From Lama guanicoe (taxonomy: Eukaryota), in the NCBI GenBank assembly GCA_013239625.1, contig MU053379.1:630490-694489 (forward strand): DNA of 64,000 nt. Direction: 5' to 3'. A program made the position numbers and the translations under genes. Shown here piece by piece: positions 25,469 to 38,845 of the stretch. Within the stretch, counting starts at the first letter, position 1. Each line of letters begins with the position of its first letter. The notes under the pieces were generated by a model. The model was not told the origin of the DNA. It saw nothing but the letters and a program-made list of their open reading frames with translations, and did no database searches.

Positions 25469-25686
25469 AAAGGTGTCACAGAACAATCCCTACCTGCACT
25501 TGCCATGCACTCTGTTATGTCTTATCTTACCTCATTTATTCATTTTCGTCTGCCTAGTGTTATCAATTTCTTCTTTTTTAATGCCAGGTGATTCTGCGGA
25601 ATTCGTTTTACAACCCACTGGTGGTTTGGAAAACACCGGTCTCTAGAACCATGACTGGGTTTGTGTCCACTTCTCCAGACTCTGAT

Positions 25687-25848
25687 TCACACACACATAT
25701 ACACACATGCACGTGTACACTTACATACACACATATACATGGATGTGTACACATAGACATTATATACCCACACGCAAGCACACATAGAAAAATATGCACT
25801 CACATACACAAATACATACACATACGCATACACATACACTCACACTCA
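25687..25848. repeat. Degenerate (CA/TA)n low-complexity tract; a similar tract lies at about 8940-9075
   Basis: cacacacacatatacacacatgcacgtgtacac... Confidence 0.8.
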
Positions 25849-27049
25849 CCCTCCCCCATCCTTTCAGGGTCTCAGAGGAAACCACACACTCACTACCAAG
25901 TCACCAAAATGGTGCATCTGGCCCCCAAGCCATGGTTTGTCACAAGAGAAGGATGAGTTTTGAGGGCAGTCCCAGCTTTCTCAAGCTGAGATCTTTGCCT
26001 CAGGGGACCATCGCCAGACCCCCGTTTGCTCTCTGGTGGCCCCTGAGCTGCTGCGCAGTGAGTGGGCAGCGTGGAGCCTGGGGTAGGAATTCAGATTGTG
26101 AGCTCTGCAGTCCCGGGATCCGGAGAACACTAAGTACCTGCAGAAAGCACCTCATCCTGTGGCTTCAACACGTTTCGACCTTGTAGGTGTTGGTGGGATA
26201 GAGACAGAGTAACGTATAATGTCTAATGGTCCAGGTTTTTACAGAGGCAGGTTTTTTAAATTTGTGTTCTCTTGTCCCGTATGTGTAGTTCTCAAACCAA
26301 ATGTCAACTTACTTTATGATTTGGGAAATGTGGTTTCCCAGCGTGGGAAGGCACATTATCCTAACCCAGTGTTCCCACCAGAATAGCCAGGTTTCTGGTA
26401 ACAAGAGAGAAAAGCAGAAGAAATAGGGCAGAGCGAGCCATGAAGCAAGAAGGAAGCCCACAGAAGCAGGACTGAGCCTTGCCGTTGAGTTTAGTTTTCA
26501 AATTAAGCTGCACCAAAAAAAGATGAGGGGGTGGGGATGGAAATGTGGATTCTCCTCTAGCAAATGCTGAGCAGGAGCAAATCCTGACACAACCAGTCTC
26601 TCTAGGGTTGCAGCCAGATTCCAAGAGAGAGATTTTTAGGTCATGAGAAGAGAAAAGTGAAGCACAGGTGTGAGCAAGGGTAAAATAAAAAGCCTCAACA
26701 CATGTCCACTTCTTATTTTTAAAAATTAGGCTGAACTGGGCAAAATGGATCAGTTATGCAGAAGTGGGGATAGCCTTACCCTTGGTGAGGGAGGGGCGGT
26801 GACTCAAGGAGGCTCGAGAGGAACCTCTGGGGGAGACAGGAATGTCCCCGGTTGGTTGCTCAGGACTTCTCCAGTCTGGGCAGGGCCTGCATCCTGGGCA
26901 GCCCTCTGTCAGCACAGACAGCTGGTCCCCCAACCCAGATCACTGCGTCTGGCTCTGAGGGCTGGACACACAGGTGTGCTGCGTTCGTGGGAATCCACTG
27001 AGTTGGATGCACGTGACCCGTGACAAGCCTGTGCAGGTTGTGGGTGTAC

Positions 27050-27157
27050 CTGGGCCTGCAGCTCGGCTCTTTGGGTCTGCAGGAGGCAGATCATCTCTCG
27101 GCCGTCTGCCAGCTGACTCTGCAGGGCGGCGGCTTCCCGTTCTGTCAGAAGCTTCTC
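27050..27157 (-). CDS. BFSP1: BFSP1 exon 5 (108 nt)
   Basis: ttttgtgcAG|GAG...[44 protein letters not shown]. Confidence 0.95.
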
Positions 27158-29360
27158 CTGCACAAAAAAAGCCAGACTCAGCACTCACACAGGCTCGACG
27201 TGCAGGGAAATGCGAGGAAGAAAGGGGTGAGGGGCCCTATTTTTGTCCACCCCAAATTCACAGGCCGAAGCCCTGACCCCCAGTGGGTTGGTGTCACTCT
27301 GGGATCACAGGAGAACAAGGCAGAAACAAGACCGCTTTGCATATGTGCCTGAGCTCAGACCAAAAGACCACTGTGCAACCACCAAAACGGCCACTAACAC
27401 CAGTGATGCCACTTCGTTGCCAAGCCCCGCCTCAGCCACACTCCATTTCTCTGCCTCCGAGGTACAAACTATGGGGATGCTCAGTTGCACAACCAGCCTC
27501 CTGTGGAAGCACCCAGCCGTCAGGGCCCCACGTACCCACCCTCACCCCCCAGGTCACCCCACACGTGTCCCTCCCCCACGGCGCACACCCACCTCTCCTG
27601 CAGGGAATAATAAACCAGCTTTACCTGACCACAGGGGTGTCACCCGTGGCCTCTGGTGAGAGGGCACGGGCATTGTGTTTTAAGGACACAGCAACCCCGT
27701 GCTCCTAGGAAGCAGCGCTAATTACATCCTTGATAACTTTCCGAATCTGCTTATTAACGTGCACGTGAATCCCTGAGCGTCTCGCTAAAATGCAGATTCT
27801 GACTCAGCGGATCTGCTGGGGGTCAGGCTGGAGCGTCTGTGCGTCTCTCAACCTCCAGGTGATGCTGCGGATCGCTGGCGATCATTAACACTGTCAAACT
27901 ACGTGTAGACGCCTCTATCAATCTACAGCTCAGAGGAACTGGGTTACCAGGGGAACAGATGGTATGATTTTAAAAGTGTGAGCTGACGTAAAACACCTTT
28001 GCACTAAAGGGGAACAGATTTGCAAAGTAGAAATAAGGTGTCTGGAAAGACACCTCTGACAAAGAAAATTATGCCTCAGGAAAAGCTGCTCTTTAGGCCT
28101 GAATGGCAACCCGGTTACACTAAGGGTAGCGGGAGCCTGCAAGGGTCATTGAGGGGAAAGATGGACAAGAATATCCTTGTCGGGGCCAAAAAGTAACTTT
28201 CCTGCCTCTTAATTGTTACTTGGCAGGGTTCTAAAGTGTCTCCTAAAGCAAATTTTGGATTTTCTTTAGCTTTGATATTAAAAAAAAAATTAGTTTAAAA
28301 CAAACCAAAAAATCCTCGAGCAGTCAGCCACTGGCTCTGTGAAGTGGGGCCCTGGGCAGATTTCTGTCCAAAGGCATCCTTGCAGAAAAACCCAGAATCT
28401 CACGAGCTGACCCGTCCACAGCGCCCTGTCCCCGCCTCCAGTCCTCTGGAGGAAGGGCAAGTGACATTTGTGTTTTAATCTGCATCCTTTTCGGTTTCTA
28501 TTCACACATATATTATGCATCACAAAATCCCATAAACCACATGAGGGAACAAGACACACCGCCATCCTGTTGAGCTGCTGGAGAGCGAAGTGAAGAAGGA
28601 ATTTGGAACATTATACTGGGACTACGGTTTTACATCCAAATCCCGATTTTTTAAAAATTGGCTTCAGTCATCTCTGTCCTTTCCCAAGAACTTTCATGCC
28701 ACAGACTCACATAATCATTAGCAGAGCCTGACCTTGAAAACATAGTCACTAAGTGTCTGAGGCTCTCTGTGTCCAACTGATACAAGAGATAAGAAAACAA
28801 ACAACACAATAAAAAAAAATGGGCAAATGACTTGCCTAGGGGTCCAACAAAGAAGTTATCTGGGTGGCAAATAAGCACCTGAAAAGATGCTCTGCATCAT
28901 TAGTCATTAGGGGCTGCGAGTTAAAGGCACAGTGAAATATACAGCATACCTATTAGCCAACAGCAAAGCCAAAATAAAACCCGACAGAGCCAGCGCTGGC
29001 AAGGACGCAGAGCAAAAGAAACTCCCGCCTGCTGCCGGCGGGGATGCAGTGACGCTGCAGCGCTTGGGAAATGGTCGGCTGGTTCCTTACAAACCAGGCG
29101 AGGAAGAAGAGCCCGTAATCCCCAAAGGAAGTGACTAGGAAGTGTTCAGGGACACAGTCGACGTCCTCAGATGTCTAAACACCAGCCTGCACTGTCTGGG
29201 TGGAAGGGCAGAAGAGTGAACTTCAAATGTGAGTGCCCAGCGCGGGCGGGGAAGCGTTAACCCACCGCGGACGCCTCTCCCTGGGTCTCTGTGAGCCGGG
29301 CTCGCAGGCTGCACCACGGGCCTCCCCGGGGGACCCCTGCAGCCTGAGCTCCGTCCTTAC

Positions 29361-29453
29361 CTCTCTCATCCCGCTCGTTATGGTGGCTGCTTGCGGGGTG
29401 GTCTGGATGATCTGCTGCAGGATGGTGACATAGGTCTGAATCTCCAGAAGGTT
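29361..29453 (-). CDS. BFSP1: BFSP1 exon 4 (93 nt)
   Basis: aacAG|AAC...[39 protein letters not shown]. Confidence 0.95.
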
Positions 29454-30722
29454 CTGTTGGGGGGAAGGGAAGCATTCTCGTTCAAACCTGAGCTGCCGGG
29501 ATTTTTCCCTCCAGGACCAGGTGACCCCAGGGGTGAATGCTTCTGCGTGTTCCACTGTCACAAGTAGACGGACTGCGATCTGTGCAGAGGGCACTTTACA
29601 CCTCCTTGAATCGTCACAAGAACAATGGGCCGGTGGGTAAACCGAGGCTTGGTTTTGTCACCATCCCCTTCAGTTACATGGCTGCTTTGTGCTGTCTCCA
29701 TAGAGCCCTGGATGGCAGGGGTCCAAGAGAAAAGCATGGATAGAGGACAAAGAGGCCCCAGGGCACAGAGGACCCTTGCCGACACCAGAACAGAGCCATG
29801 CTTCAAAGGACGGGCTCTGGTCAGTCGGACCTGGACTAACTCACTTACTGGCTTTACTAGCTGCATGTGGCCTCGGGCAAGCTACTTAAACCTCCTAGAA
29901 CTCAGGATCGGCTATAAAAGAGGGCTAGCAGTCTGGAGGGGGTGCCTGATCTCTCTTACCAGCAGAGCTCCGAGCGTGGGGGCCGATGACACAGCACAGC
30001 TGCCCCCCTCTGGAGAGCTGCCCTCGGCCGGACAATGGTCATCAGGTCCGGGAAGCTACAAAACTCCCCCCGACCCCATCTCATCCCCAACCTGGACCAA
30101 TGACTCCCTGGCACAGGAGGACCAAAGCCAACCCTCTTGCCTCAAGGTGGGACCAGCCCCATGGTGTGATTCATGCTTCAGAGCCCCCCACGGGACCAGG
30201 CTGAAGCTCGACTCCAGGGAAGCGCACAGCTCTGCTCAGCTCCTCCGCCTGTGCCATCCCGCTCCCCGCCTTCTCCCGGGGGCTCTCCATCAGTACAGCA
30301 CCTTGGGCTCTGATGCCAGGGAACCCAAGACTCTCTCGCAAGGCTCTTGTTGGGATGAGTCAGTGCACAGAAGATTCAGAATATGAGCTATTGTTATTAT
30401 TATTCTAAAAAGCCTTGAAGGATGCTTTGAGCTGCACAGAAACTGCCCTCCAGGCCCCACTCCCAGCATTCCTGAAAAGCACAGCAGAGGCAAGGAGGTA
30501 GGTGGGGAGGAGGAAACAGGCAGGTCCTGATAGGAAGTTGGAGGGATGGGGGGGCTATCCCTTCTGTGCAGAGCATCAGGGCTGCTCGCGGTGCTGAAGC
30601 AGGTAAACACTGAGGCAGGAGGAGAATCTGATGTCGGCTGAGCACTTGCCAAGCTCCAGGCGGTACGAGGAGCTGCACGTGTATCACCAAGTATCCTTAG
30701 TTTGTGCTTCCCAGCAGCAGAC

Positions 30723-31097
30723 GATTGTAGATTGAATGCTGTGTCCTCCAAAATTCACACGTTAAACCCCTAACCCCCAGCGGGATGGTATTTGGAGGTG
30801 GGGCCTTTGAGAAAGAATTAGATTTAGACGTGGTCCTGAGGGTGGGGCCCCCAGATGGGATTAGTGCCCTTAGAAGAAGAGGCTCTAGAGAGCTCTGTGC
30901 ACACGAACCCAGGAAAGCCAGGTGAGCGCACAGTGAGAAGGCAGCCGTCTGCAAGCCGGGAAGAGGGCTCTCACCAGAGCCCGACCTGCTGGGACCCTGA
31001 TCTCAGACTTGTGGCCTCCAGAACTGAGAAACGAATTTCTGTTGCTCATAAGCCACCCAGTCCATGGCACTTTGTTACAGCAGCCCCTACTAAGATG
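30723..31097 (+). mobile_element. MaLR (MLT1A/B-like) LTR nested in an ERVL LTR16/33-like element
   Basis: gattgaatgctgtgtcctccaaaattcac...ttgttacagcagccc.actaaga consensus. 5-bp TSD cagac at 30718-30722 and 31098-31102. Host sequence resumes after it (cagaccctgacagaagg). Confidence 0.8.
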
Positions 31098-31974
31098 CAG
31101 ACCCTGACAGAAGGATCTGAGTGCAAACAGTTTACCTGGGCGAAGGCACCAGGAAACCCGAGTAGAGGAGGTGAGACTGGGAAGGAAAGGCAGCCAAGAT
31201 AAGGCTCCGTGTTATCAGCTGAGCGGCCCCCGTGGGTGCCGGGAGCTAGCCGGGACCTTGGAGCCAGGCAGAAAAGCAGGTGAGCGGGAGCTGGGGCACG
31301 TGTCCGCCACCTCCCGGCCGTCCCTGCAAGGTGGCTCCCGGGGCATCAACTCCCTAACAAGTCCTGTGAGGCAGAGCTGCCCTCTGCTGCCTCGAGAGGG
31401 CCCTGAGGCAGATCCGGGCAGCTGGAGGGAGGCCAGAGCCCACTGGGGAGGTCAGCCCCGCGGGCCCCGCCAGGCTCACAGGTCAGCTACGCTCAGGTAA
31501 CACAGGTGTGCGGGAAGGAGGGCCTGGCATTTGCATTTTGAAGATGAAGAAGCTCAGAGAGGTTAGGCCACTGGCCCTCGGTTACATAGCTCCAGGACTG
31601 GATTTTCCCAGAACATAAAGCCCCCCCACACACACAGGGAGGCCTGTGAGAAGCTGGTGGGGGTCGGGGCAGAGCACCGCAATACATGAGAGGCTCCTGA
31701 ATGCCACATGTTCCATCAGAAGCAGCACTAAAAAATTACAATTGTTGCATTTTCTGAGGGGAGCCACTTGACAGGCTAGAGGTTAATCAAGATGGATCTA
31801 TAGACCATCTGTGGACTGGAAGGTATTACACGGATATGAGCTCCCACCCCCACCACGCACACACACACGCACTGCCACCTCCTCCTCGACACACACCTGG
31901 TTCACCGAGGGCCGTCCAGCCATCAGCCCACCAGGGCCAATGCACACAAAAGGAAGCCCGCTCCAGCCATCTCA

Positions 31975-32313
<339 letters not shown>

Positions 32314-32337
32314 TTAGCCCACTGGACCCGGTCTAGA

Positions 32338-32555
32338 ATAGCAGTTCTAGTGGGGAGTGGTTTTGCCCAAATCGGGAAATTTGACAATATCTGGAGATAT
32401 TTTTCATTGTCAGTTGGGTGGTGGGGTGTTACTATGGGCATCTTCTGGGTAGAGGCCAGGGATGCTGCTGAATGTCTTACAATACATAGGACAACCCCAC
32501 CCAGCAAAGGATTCTCCAGTCCGAAATGTCAGTAGGGCCGGGGTGAGAAACCTTG
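32338..32555. mobile_element. MER20 (hAT-Charlie) DNA transposon relic
   Basis: Recalled consensus: tttgacaatatctggagatattttt...ggcatct..tgggtagaggccagggatgctgct...gagaaacc. Confidence 0.85.
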
Positions 32556-35500
32556 ACAGAAGAAGATCAGGGAGAAAGCGTATATTTACAGACCAATCAC
32601 CTTAACATTTAAGTTAAGTCTGTATTTGTTCTATGTCCTATCATCGGTGAGTTGAATTTCTAAGACTAAGAAATAGTTTTCCCTTAACACAGAAACCTTA
32701 GTTTTAGAAGGAAGCTAGACCCCATCTTACACCATTCACAAAAATGAACTTAAATGGATTGAAGACTTAAATGATTTAACACCTACACATAAAAATCCTA
32801 AGAAAACAAAAGTCAACAGTTAACAAGTGAGACTGCATCGAACTCAAAACCTCTGCTCAGCAAGAGACCCTCAGTGAAGTGAAAAGACAGCCTGTGGAAC
32901 AGGAAACCTTAATTGTAATAGTTTTCTCCCAAGGACTGTTGACACGTACCTTAAGACCACGTATCTTCAATATCAAGTGCATCTTTAACATGAATAGCGT
33001 TTGTTCCTTTAAAGTTGGAAACGAGACTCATGACAGAAAGCTGAATGTTCTCACCAAACTTTTCGATACTTCATCAACTTTTATCTCATTGACCTTGTTT
33101 GGATCAACCAAGTAGATATGAAGACACGTGCATGGTCCTAATAACATAGCACTGTGACGTCTGGAATTAAATACTTCAGCAGTTCAGCGAGCTGTTACCA
33201 GTGTGTGTTACTTGCCCCTTCTCCGGAGACACCTCCACTACCTAAGGCCTTGCTAAGTGAATTTTTACTGCCTTCCTAATGGCTTGTTAAAAAGCATGAT
33301 GACTGTTAGCAACAGGCTCTCATTAATGCAGATATGTGGTTTGCTAAAATATTTAAGACACTCTCTACCCCTGCGTGAAAAGTTAGGACAGTTAAAGTAT
33401 GTGGCCTGACCAAGATATTTTGAGACCCTGGTCCTCCAGGCTCTAGTTGGGTTTAGCTTCCAGGGAGGCCTTTGGCCAGCACTCGTAGGAAAGGCACTCG
33501 AGTCTGTATGACCATCCCTGTAAAAGTCCACTGGTGTAGGAGGGGACGATTGTCTGATGCTGACGCTGAGGATATCAGAATCCTGACTTTACTGTATCAC
33601 CTGCCTTGAAGGAGCTTTTCATGCAAAGTGTCACCTTAGCATCTAAAACGACAGGGAGCCGGAACTTCATGGAGAACAGGCTGCAGGAACTTTGGGAGCC
33701 TGCATCAGAATAATGCTTATTTAGCACATATCTGTCCGTGTGAATTTGGTCTGAAACTTCAGAAAGATGGTCGAGGAGTGGCTAACACTCACCCAACTCA
33801 AACTTCTGGAACTGTTTTGTCCACCCAAGAGCACTTCAGAGTTTATCTCTGCGCTAGATCAAAGCAGAGGTGTGCTGCTTGAAGGACACGATGCGGGAAC
33901 AGGAACCCCGCTCAGCCTAGCGGCCCTCCTCCCTCAGAGGCCCTTCAGGCAAACCCGAGGAGCCTGAGGGCTCTGCCCAGCGCAGCTCAGAAACCAGTCT
34001 CCCCTTGCAGACGAAGGCTGAGACCAGGCTGAGCCAGCGCTCGTGCAGCTAGTTAATGGAAGTTAACAGGGACGATTACGGGACGGGAATGTCTCGGGCT
34101 TCTCTCCACCACCAGGGAGCTGAGTGCTGAGCACTGGTCCCACCCCGCAAGCTGCCTGCCACGCTTCCCCGCCACCCCCCAGATCTCGCCAAACAACCGC
34201 TCCCAGGTCCCATCGGCCAACCTTTAACCCTGCTCACAGCGACAATAAAAGGCCAGCCCACATTTGTCCTTGCAGGAGAGATTAACCAGATGCTCTGCAA
34301 GCACATTCTCTCGCTTTGAGGACAGTCATCTGATAAACAGCCTCGGAACACTCCCGAAGGTGAGCAGCTGTCGCTGGGATGTGCAGTTGCTGATTCGGGG
34401 GGAGAACTCGTTTGGAAGTGTTTTCTTTCGTGCGTGCCAGAGCTCAGCAATGTGTAGACGCTTGTGATTTCATTATGCTTCGGATGCTGGCCGCTGCATT
34501 TTCAAAAGCTCCACCAGCAGAAGCGCCTAGATTTTTCCAAATCGAGACTCTGGGCCAACCGTCTAATGTTAGGAAACACTCCAACCCTGGTACCGTGTCT
34601 GTTTCACATCTAGGCCAGCGGTTCTCCAAGTGTGGGCCCTGGACCGCACGCCTGAAATGACTAGAAAGGTAACAAATCTGGTGTCTCCCAGACCTGCCGG
34701 GTCGGGGCTCCAGGCTGAGACCCAGGAGCCTGTGCTGACACACCCTCCGGAGGGCGCACACCGAAGATTCAGAAGCACCGGTCAAGACTGTTTTTGAGAA
34801 AGGGACTGGAGAAGTAGGTAGACTCTAATGCACCCTTGAAAAATCTGCCTTGCCCACCCAGCCACAGAAATGCTAGAAAGCCATTGAAAACCCCAGTGTC
34901 TGCATCCATGCCCAGCCTCAAACCCAGCCTCGGAGAAGCCCAACTGAAAAAATAAACAACAAACAAAACAAAGCAAAAAAAAACTGCTAGCGAAAGGGTA
35001 TTCAAATTCTTTTTAGATTTCTAGTTAATTAGGGTTTGATTAAAAAACACCTACTTCAATCCTGGATGTCAAAAACCTTTCCAAAAATGTTGGGGTCACT
35101 TCCCTTCCAAGTGCTGGCCTGGAGGAAGATGCTGGGTGAGTCCTACCGCTCCCCACCCTCTCTCCCTCCCCCCGGCCCCCCCCCCCCCTCCGCTTGCTCT
35201 CTCTCCCTCCGCATCCTTCCTCTCTTCCTCTGCCCTTCTGTTCTTCCGCTGCCAGCTTCCTCCTAAACTCTCCTCTCCCAGGCCCCTCCGTTCTGCTCCA
35301 GAGGTTCATTTCCAGCCTCAGATGAATTCTTGGGCACAGGAAGGCTTGTAGCCCTGAAAGCGAAAGCTTCATGCCCCATTCTTTCATCCCCTAAACTCCC
35401 TCGCCTCTGGCTCCTTCCCAGACGTGTTTAAGACACACGAATTACATGGGAAAGCCCCTGTGGCAGGTGCTTAAAACAACCGCATTTCTTAAAGTTGTTT

Positions 35501-37740
35501 TCAAGTGAAAGCATTTGATCAGAACCCACGTCATTTTAAAATTCTAGGGATTCCAAGAAAAAAAAAAGAGAAATCCTGAAGTCTATTCCTTATAGCTTAT
35601 ATATATATATAAACTCTGAATCCTAGAGGTTAGCCAAACCCAAATATTTAAAAGCCATTGGAAATTCTTAATACATCCAAAACCTTAAAACCTGAATAAC
35701 TTTGGCCAGAGCATATAAGTAGTATGTTGAGGAATTTATTTTATTTCAAAGTGCATAGCAAAGAATGGCTGGCTTTAACTTATTTGGCTGTTAAAAATAT
35801 AGGCATTCTGTTCGGGAGGTTTGACTACATGGGCAGTATTCACAGATGACAGCTTTATGAACACAGCAGCAGCCAGGCCTGTCCATACATTGTGATGTTT
35901 TCCAAGCCAGATTCAAAGACTGGGTCAGTGATTCCTAGTGCACCTCCTTTCCCACGGCCACGGCCGAGGAAGAAGCTGTCCCACGAGACCAAAGCAAATG
36001 GACAGTAGGCTGAGTTGACCATCAAAACCTGGTTGATGTGAGGGATGGAGACATTCCAAGCTTTGTAGACTAAGGTCAGTGAACTGACAGCTAAGCAGAC
36101 GTGAATTCTACTGTCCCTCCTTCTTCTCCTGTGACCATCTCAGTGGACAGAGAACTGGAAGGTCCAGCCTTCACCTGGCCAAGTCCTCGAGAGGCTATCT
36201 TAGTTTGAATTTCTCAGAAGCTGACCCCGAGGCAAGGACTGGGTACCGGTGATTCCAGGGCACAGGAAGAGGAATAAAGCCAATAAAGGTGAGTGATGAG
36301 CAGGTTCCCTCTGTGGACAACAGGCTCAGTCCTGCGGGGACCTCCTGAGAGACCAGGAAACTCACCTCTGCAGTGCTGCCACGAGAAGTGGGCCAGCCAG
36401 GGACTCAGCCACCCTCTCCTGCCCCTCAGCAGCCAAGGGTCGCTTCTGGGGTACTAACACCCACACTTCTGGACTCTGCCTCCTTCAGATCAGAAGCTGC
36501 CAGTGTTCTCAGTGTGTCTGCATGACCTCAAGGATGGCCCGGGGATGGGGGTGGACAGGGGCACCAACATCAAGTGCAAAGGGGCCATTTTCACCCAGAG
36601 ACTCTGGCTTTGTATCTGCCTCCGGAGAGACGGCCATTCCCTGCCTGTCCTCAGGAGGGAAAGAATGAACCATGGACACAGAAGACCCTACTCCTGCCCA
36701 CACCTGCCGCGGATGGGCTGCGGGGCTCCTTACTTCGCCAAGGATGAGTTCTCTCACTGACAAAGGGAAGGGACTGGACCAGGTCATTTCTGAGACCACA
36801 AGGCTGTTCTGAGGCTCCCACAAGCTAATACAGGGACCCCCCCGAGCTCATTGTATTTGCATCCTGTGTTCACAATTTCTGCCCTATCCAAAATCTTCTA
36901 TTGTGATTCACCCTGTATTCTTTTCAAATTCATTCATTTTTATTTCCCTGTATTTAAAAAGAAACTTTCATGTCACCTGCTGTAGATGTCCAGTGGGCCT
37001 GAGACACTCCAGTTTCAACTGACCTTGCACAATTACCCTGGCGCAGTGTCCTGATTTGGATGACACAGCATATGCTCAAACAGAGAAGGGCACAGAAGCA
37101 TCATACAGCAGGTAACATAAACAAAGCAAAAGTCAGCGTCTCTAGAGTGTAGTTCTGACTTCCCCAGCAACTAGCAGAATAATCCAAGACAACAGAGGAT
37201 GGACAAAGCCAGGAAATGGCCAACACGCTGAGCTAACCCTGAGCTAAACTTGACTCTCCAAAGCCATTGCCTGGAGTCCCATGTGGAGAAGAATCTTAAG
37301 GCCACACCTGGGCACAGCAGGGAAGGGTGCCAGGTTTTATCAGCAACTCGGATGAGGTCATGGGCGAGGAAGCGGGGAGGGGAAGGCAGCCAGGTATCCT
37401 GGATAAGCAACCTTGCAACTACTCAGCCCCCGTGGGTCCTTCCCCTCTGACACTCGAGGTCTGAAGCGATCAGAAAAGGATAATGCTTACAGCTGTTTGC
37501 CATCCCTGGTTTTGTCCAACCTCTGTGGTCCAGGATTATTCTGCTCTTTGATGGTCAAGTTCTCCTGGCTAAAGCAGAAAATCCAATCAGTTAGAATGAT
37601 GATGGAGGATCCAAAGAAGGAAACTGCCCCTGCAAGGAGCAACTGCACACAACCCTGCAGGAGGGTCTCCAGCAGGAAGCTGGGCGTGTGAACTCACTCA
37701 CAGAGTTTCAGTTGAAATTACGACGTCAAGGAGGAGAGTG

Positions 37741-38147
37741 TTATCACCTCACACCAGTCAGAATGGCCAGCATCAAAAAGTCTACAAATAATAAACGCTG
37801 CAGAGGCTGAGGAGAAAAGGGAACCCTCCTACACTGTTGGTGGGAATGTAAATTGGTGCAGCCGCTATGGAGAACAGTATGGAGGGCCCATCAAAAATTG
37901 AAAATAGAGCTACCATATGATCCAGCAATCCCACTCCTGGGCATATACCCAGACCGCTGTGGAGAACAGTATGGAGGGCCCATCAAAAATTGAAAATAGA
38001 GCTACCATATGATCCAGCAATCCCACTCCTGGGCATATACCCAGAAAAGATGAAAACTCTAATTCAAAAAGCAGTACTATTTACAATAGTTAAGATATGG
38101 AAGCAACCTAAGTGTCCATCAACAGATGACTGGATAAAGAGATGTGG

Positions 38148-38194
<47 letters not shown>

Positions 38195-38654
38195 TGGACT
38201 ATTACTCAGCCATGAAAAAGAATGCCATAATGCCAACTGCAGCAGCATGGATGGACTAGAGATTATCATACTAAGTGAAGTAAGTCAGCCAGAGAAAGAC
38301 AAATACCATGTGATATCACTTATATGTGGAATCTAAAAAAAATGATACAGATGAACTTATTTATAAAACAGAAACAAACAAACTCACAGACATAGAAAAT
38401 AAACTTATGGTTACAAAAGGGGAAACGTGGGGGAAGAGATAAATAGGGAATTTAAGATTAACAGATACACACTACTACATATAAAACAGATAAACAACAA
38501 AAATGTACTGTATGGCACAGGGAACTATATTCAATAATTGTAATAACCTATAATGGAAAAGAATATAAACTAAATCACTTTGCTGTACACCTGAAATATT
38601 GTAAATCAACTACACTTCAATAAAATAAAGAAAAAGAAAATTGAAAAAAAAAAA
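37741..38654 (+). mobile_element. 5'-truncated LINE-1 3' end with an internal tandem duplication and a (GT)n tract
   Basis: ORF2 C-terminal motifs (IELPYDPAIPLLGIYP; LSEVSQPEKDKYHVISLICGI), 3' UTR and A tail. Possible short TSD gagagtg at 37734-37740 and 38655-38661. Confidence 0.92.
38151..38193. repeat. (GT)n microsatellite within L1
   Basis: About 21 uninterrupted GT units. Confidence 0.95.
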
Positions 38655-38784
38655 GAGAGTGATGGGGAAAGAAATAGGGGAACCCTGAAAAAACACAAAG
38701 AGGAGGTGTGTTAAACAGTCATCGCAGCCATTTAGCACCATCTGGTCGGGAACCTACCCGAACCCAAGGACGGGCTCGGCTCAC

Positions 38785-38845
38785 CTTGTTAAGCCGTTCG
38801 AGCATGTCTTTCAGCAGCAGTTGACACTGGCACTCATTTTCATAC
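38785..38845 (-). CDS. BFSP1: BFSP1 exon 2 (61 nt; too short for the ORF track)
   Basis: Minus strand cgcAG|G TAT GAA AAT...AAC AAG|GTGAG, encoding YENECQCQLLLKDMLERLNK. Phases match exons 1 and 3. Confidence 0.95.

Noticed and set aside
29625..30386. 253-aa + strand ORF
   Set aside because: Overlaps MIR-like and LTR-like relics, has no domain-like composition and no splice-consistent structure.
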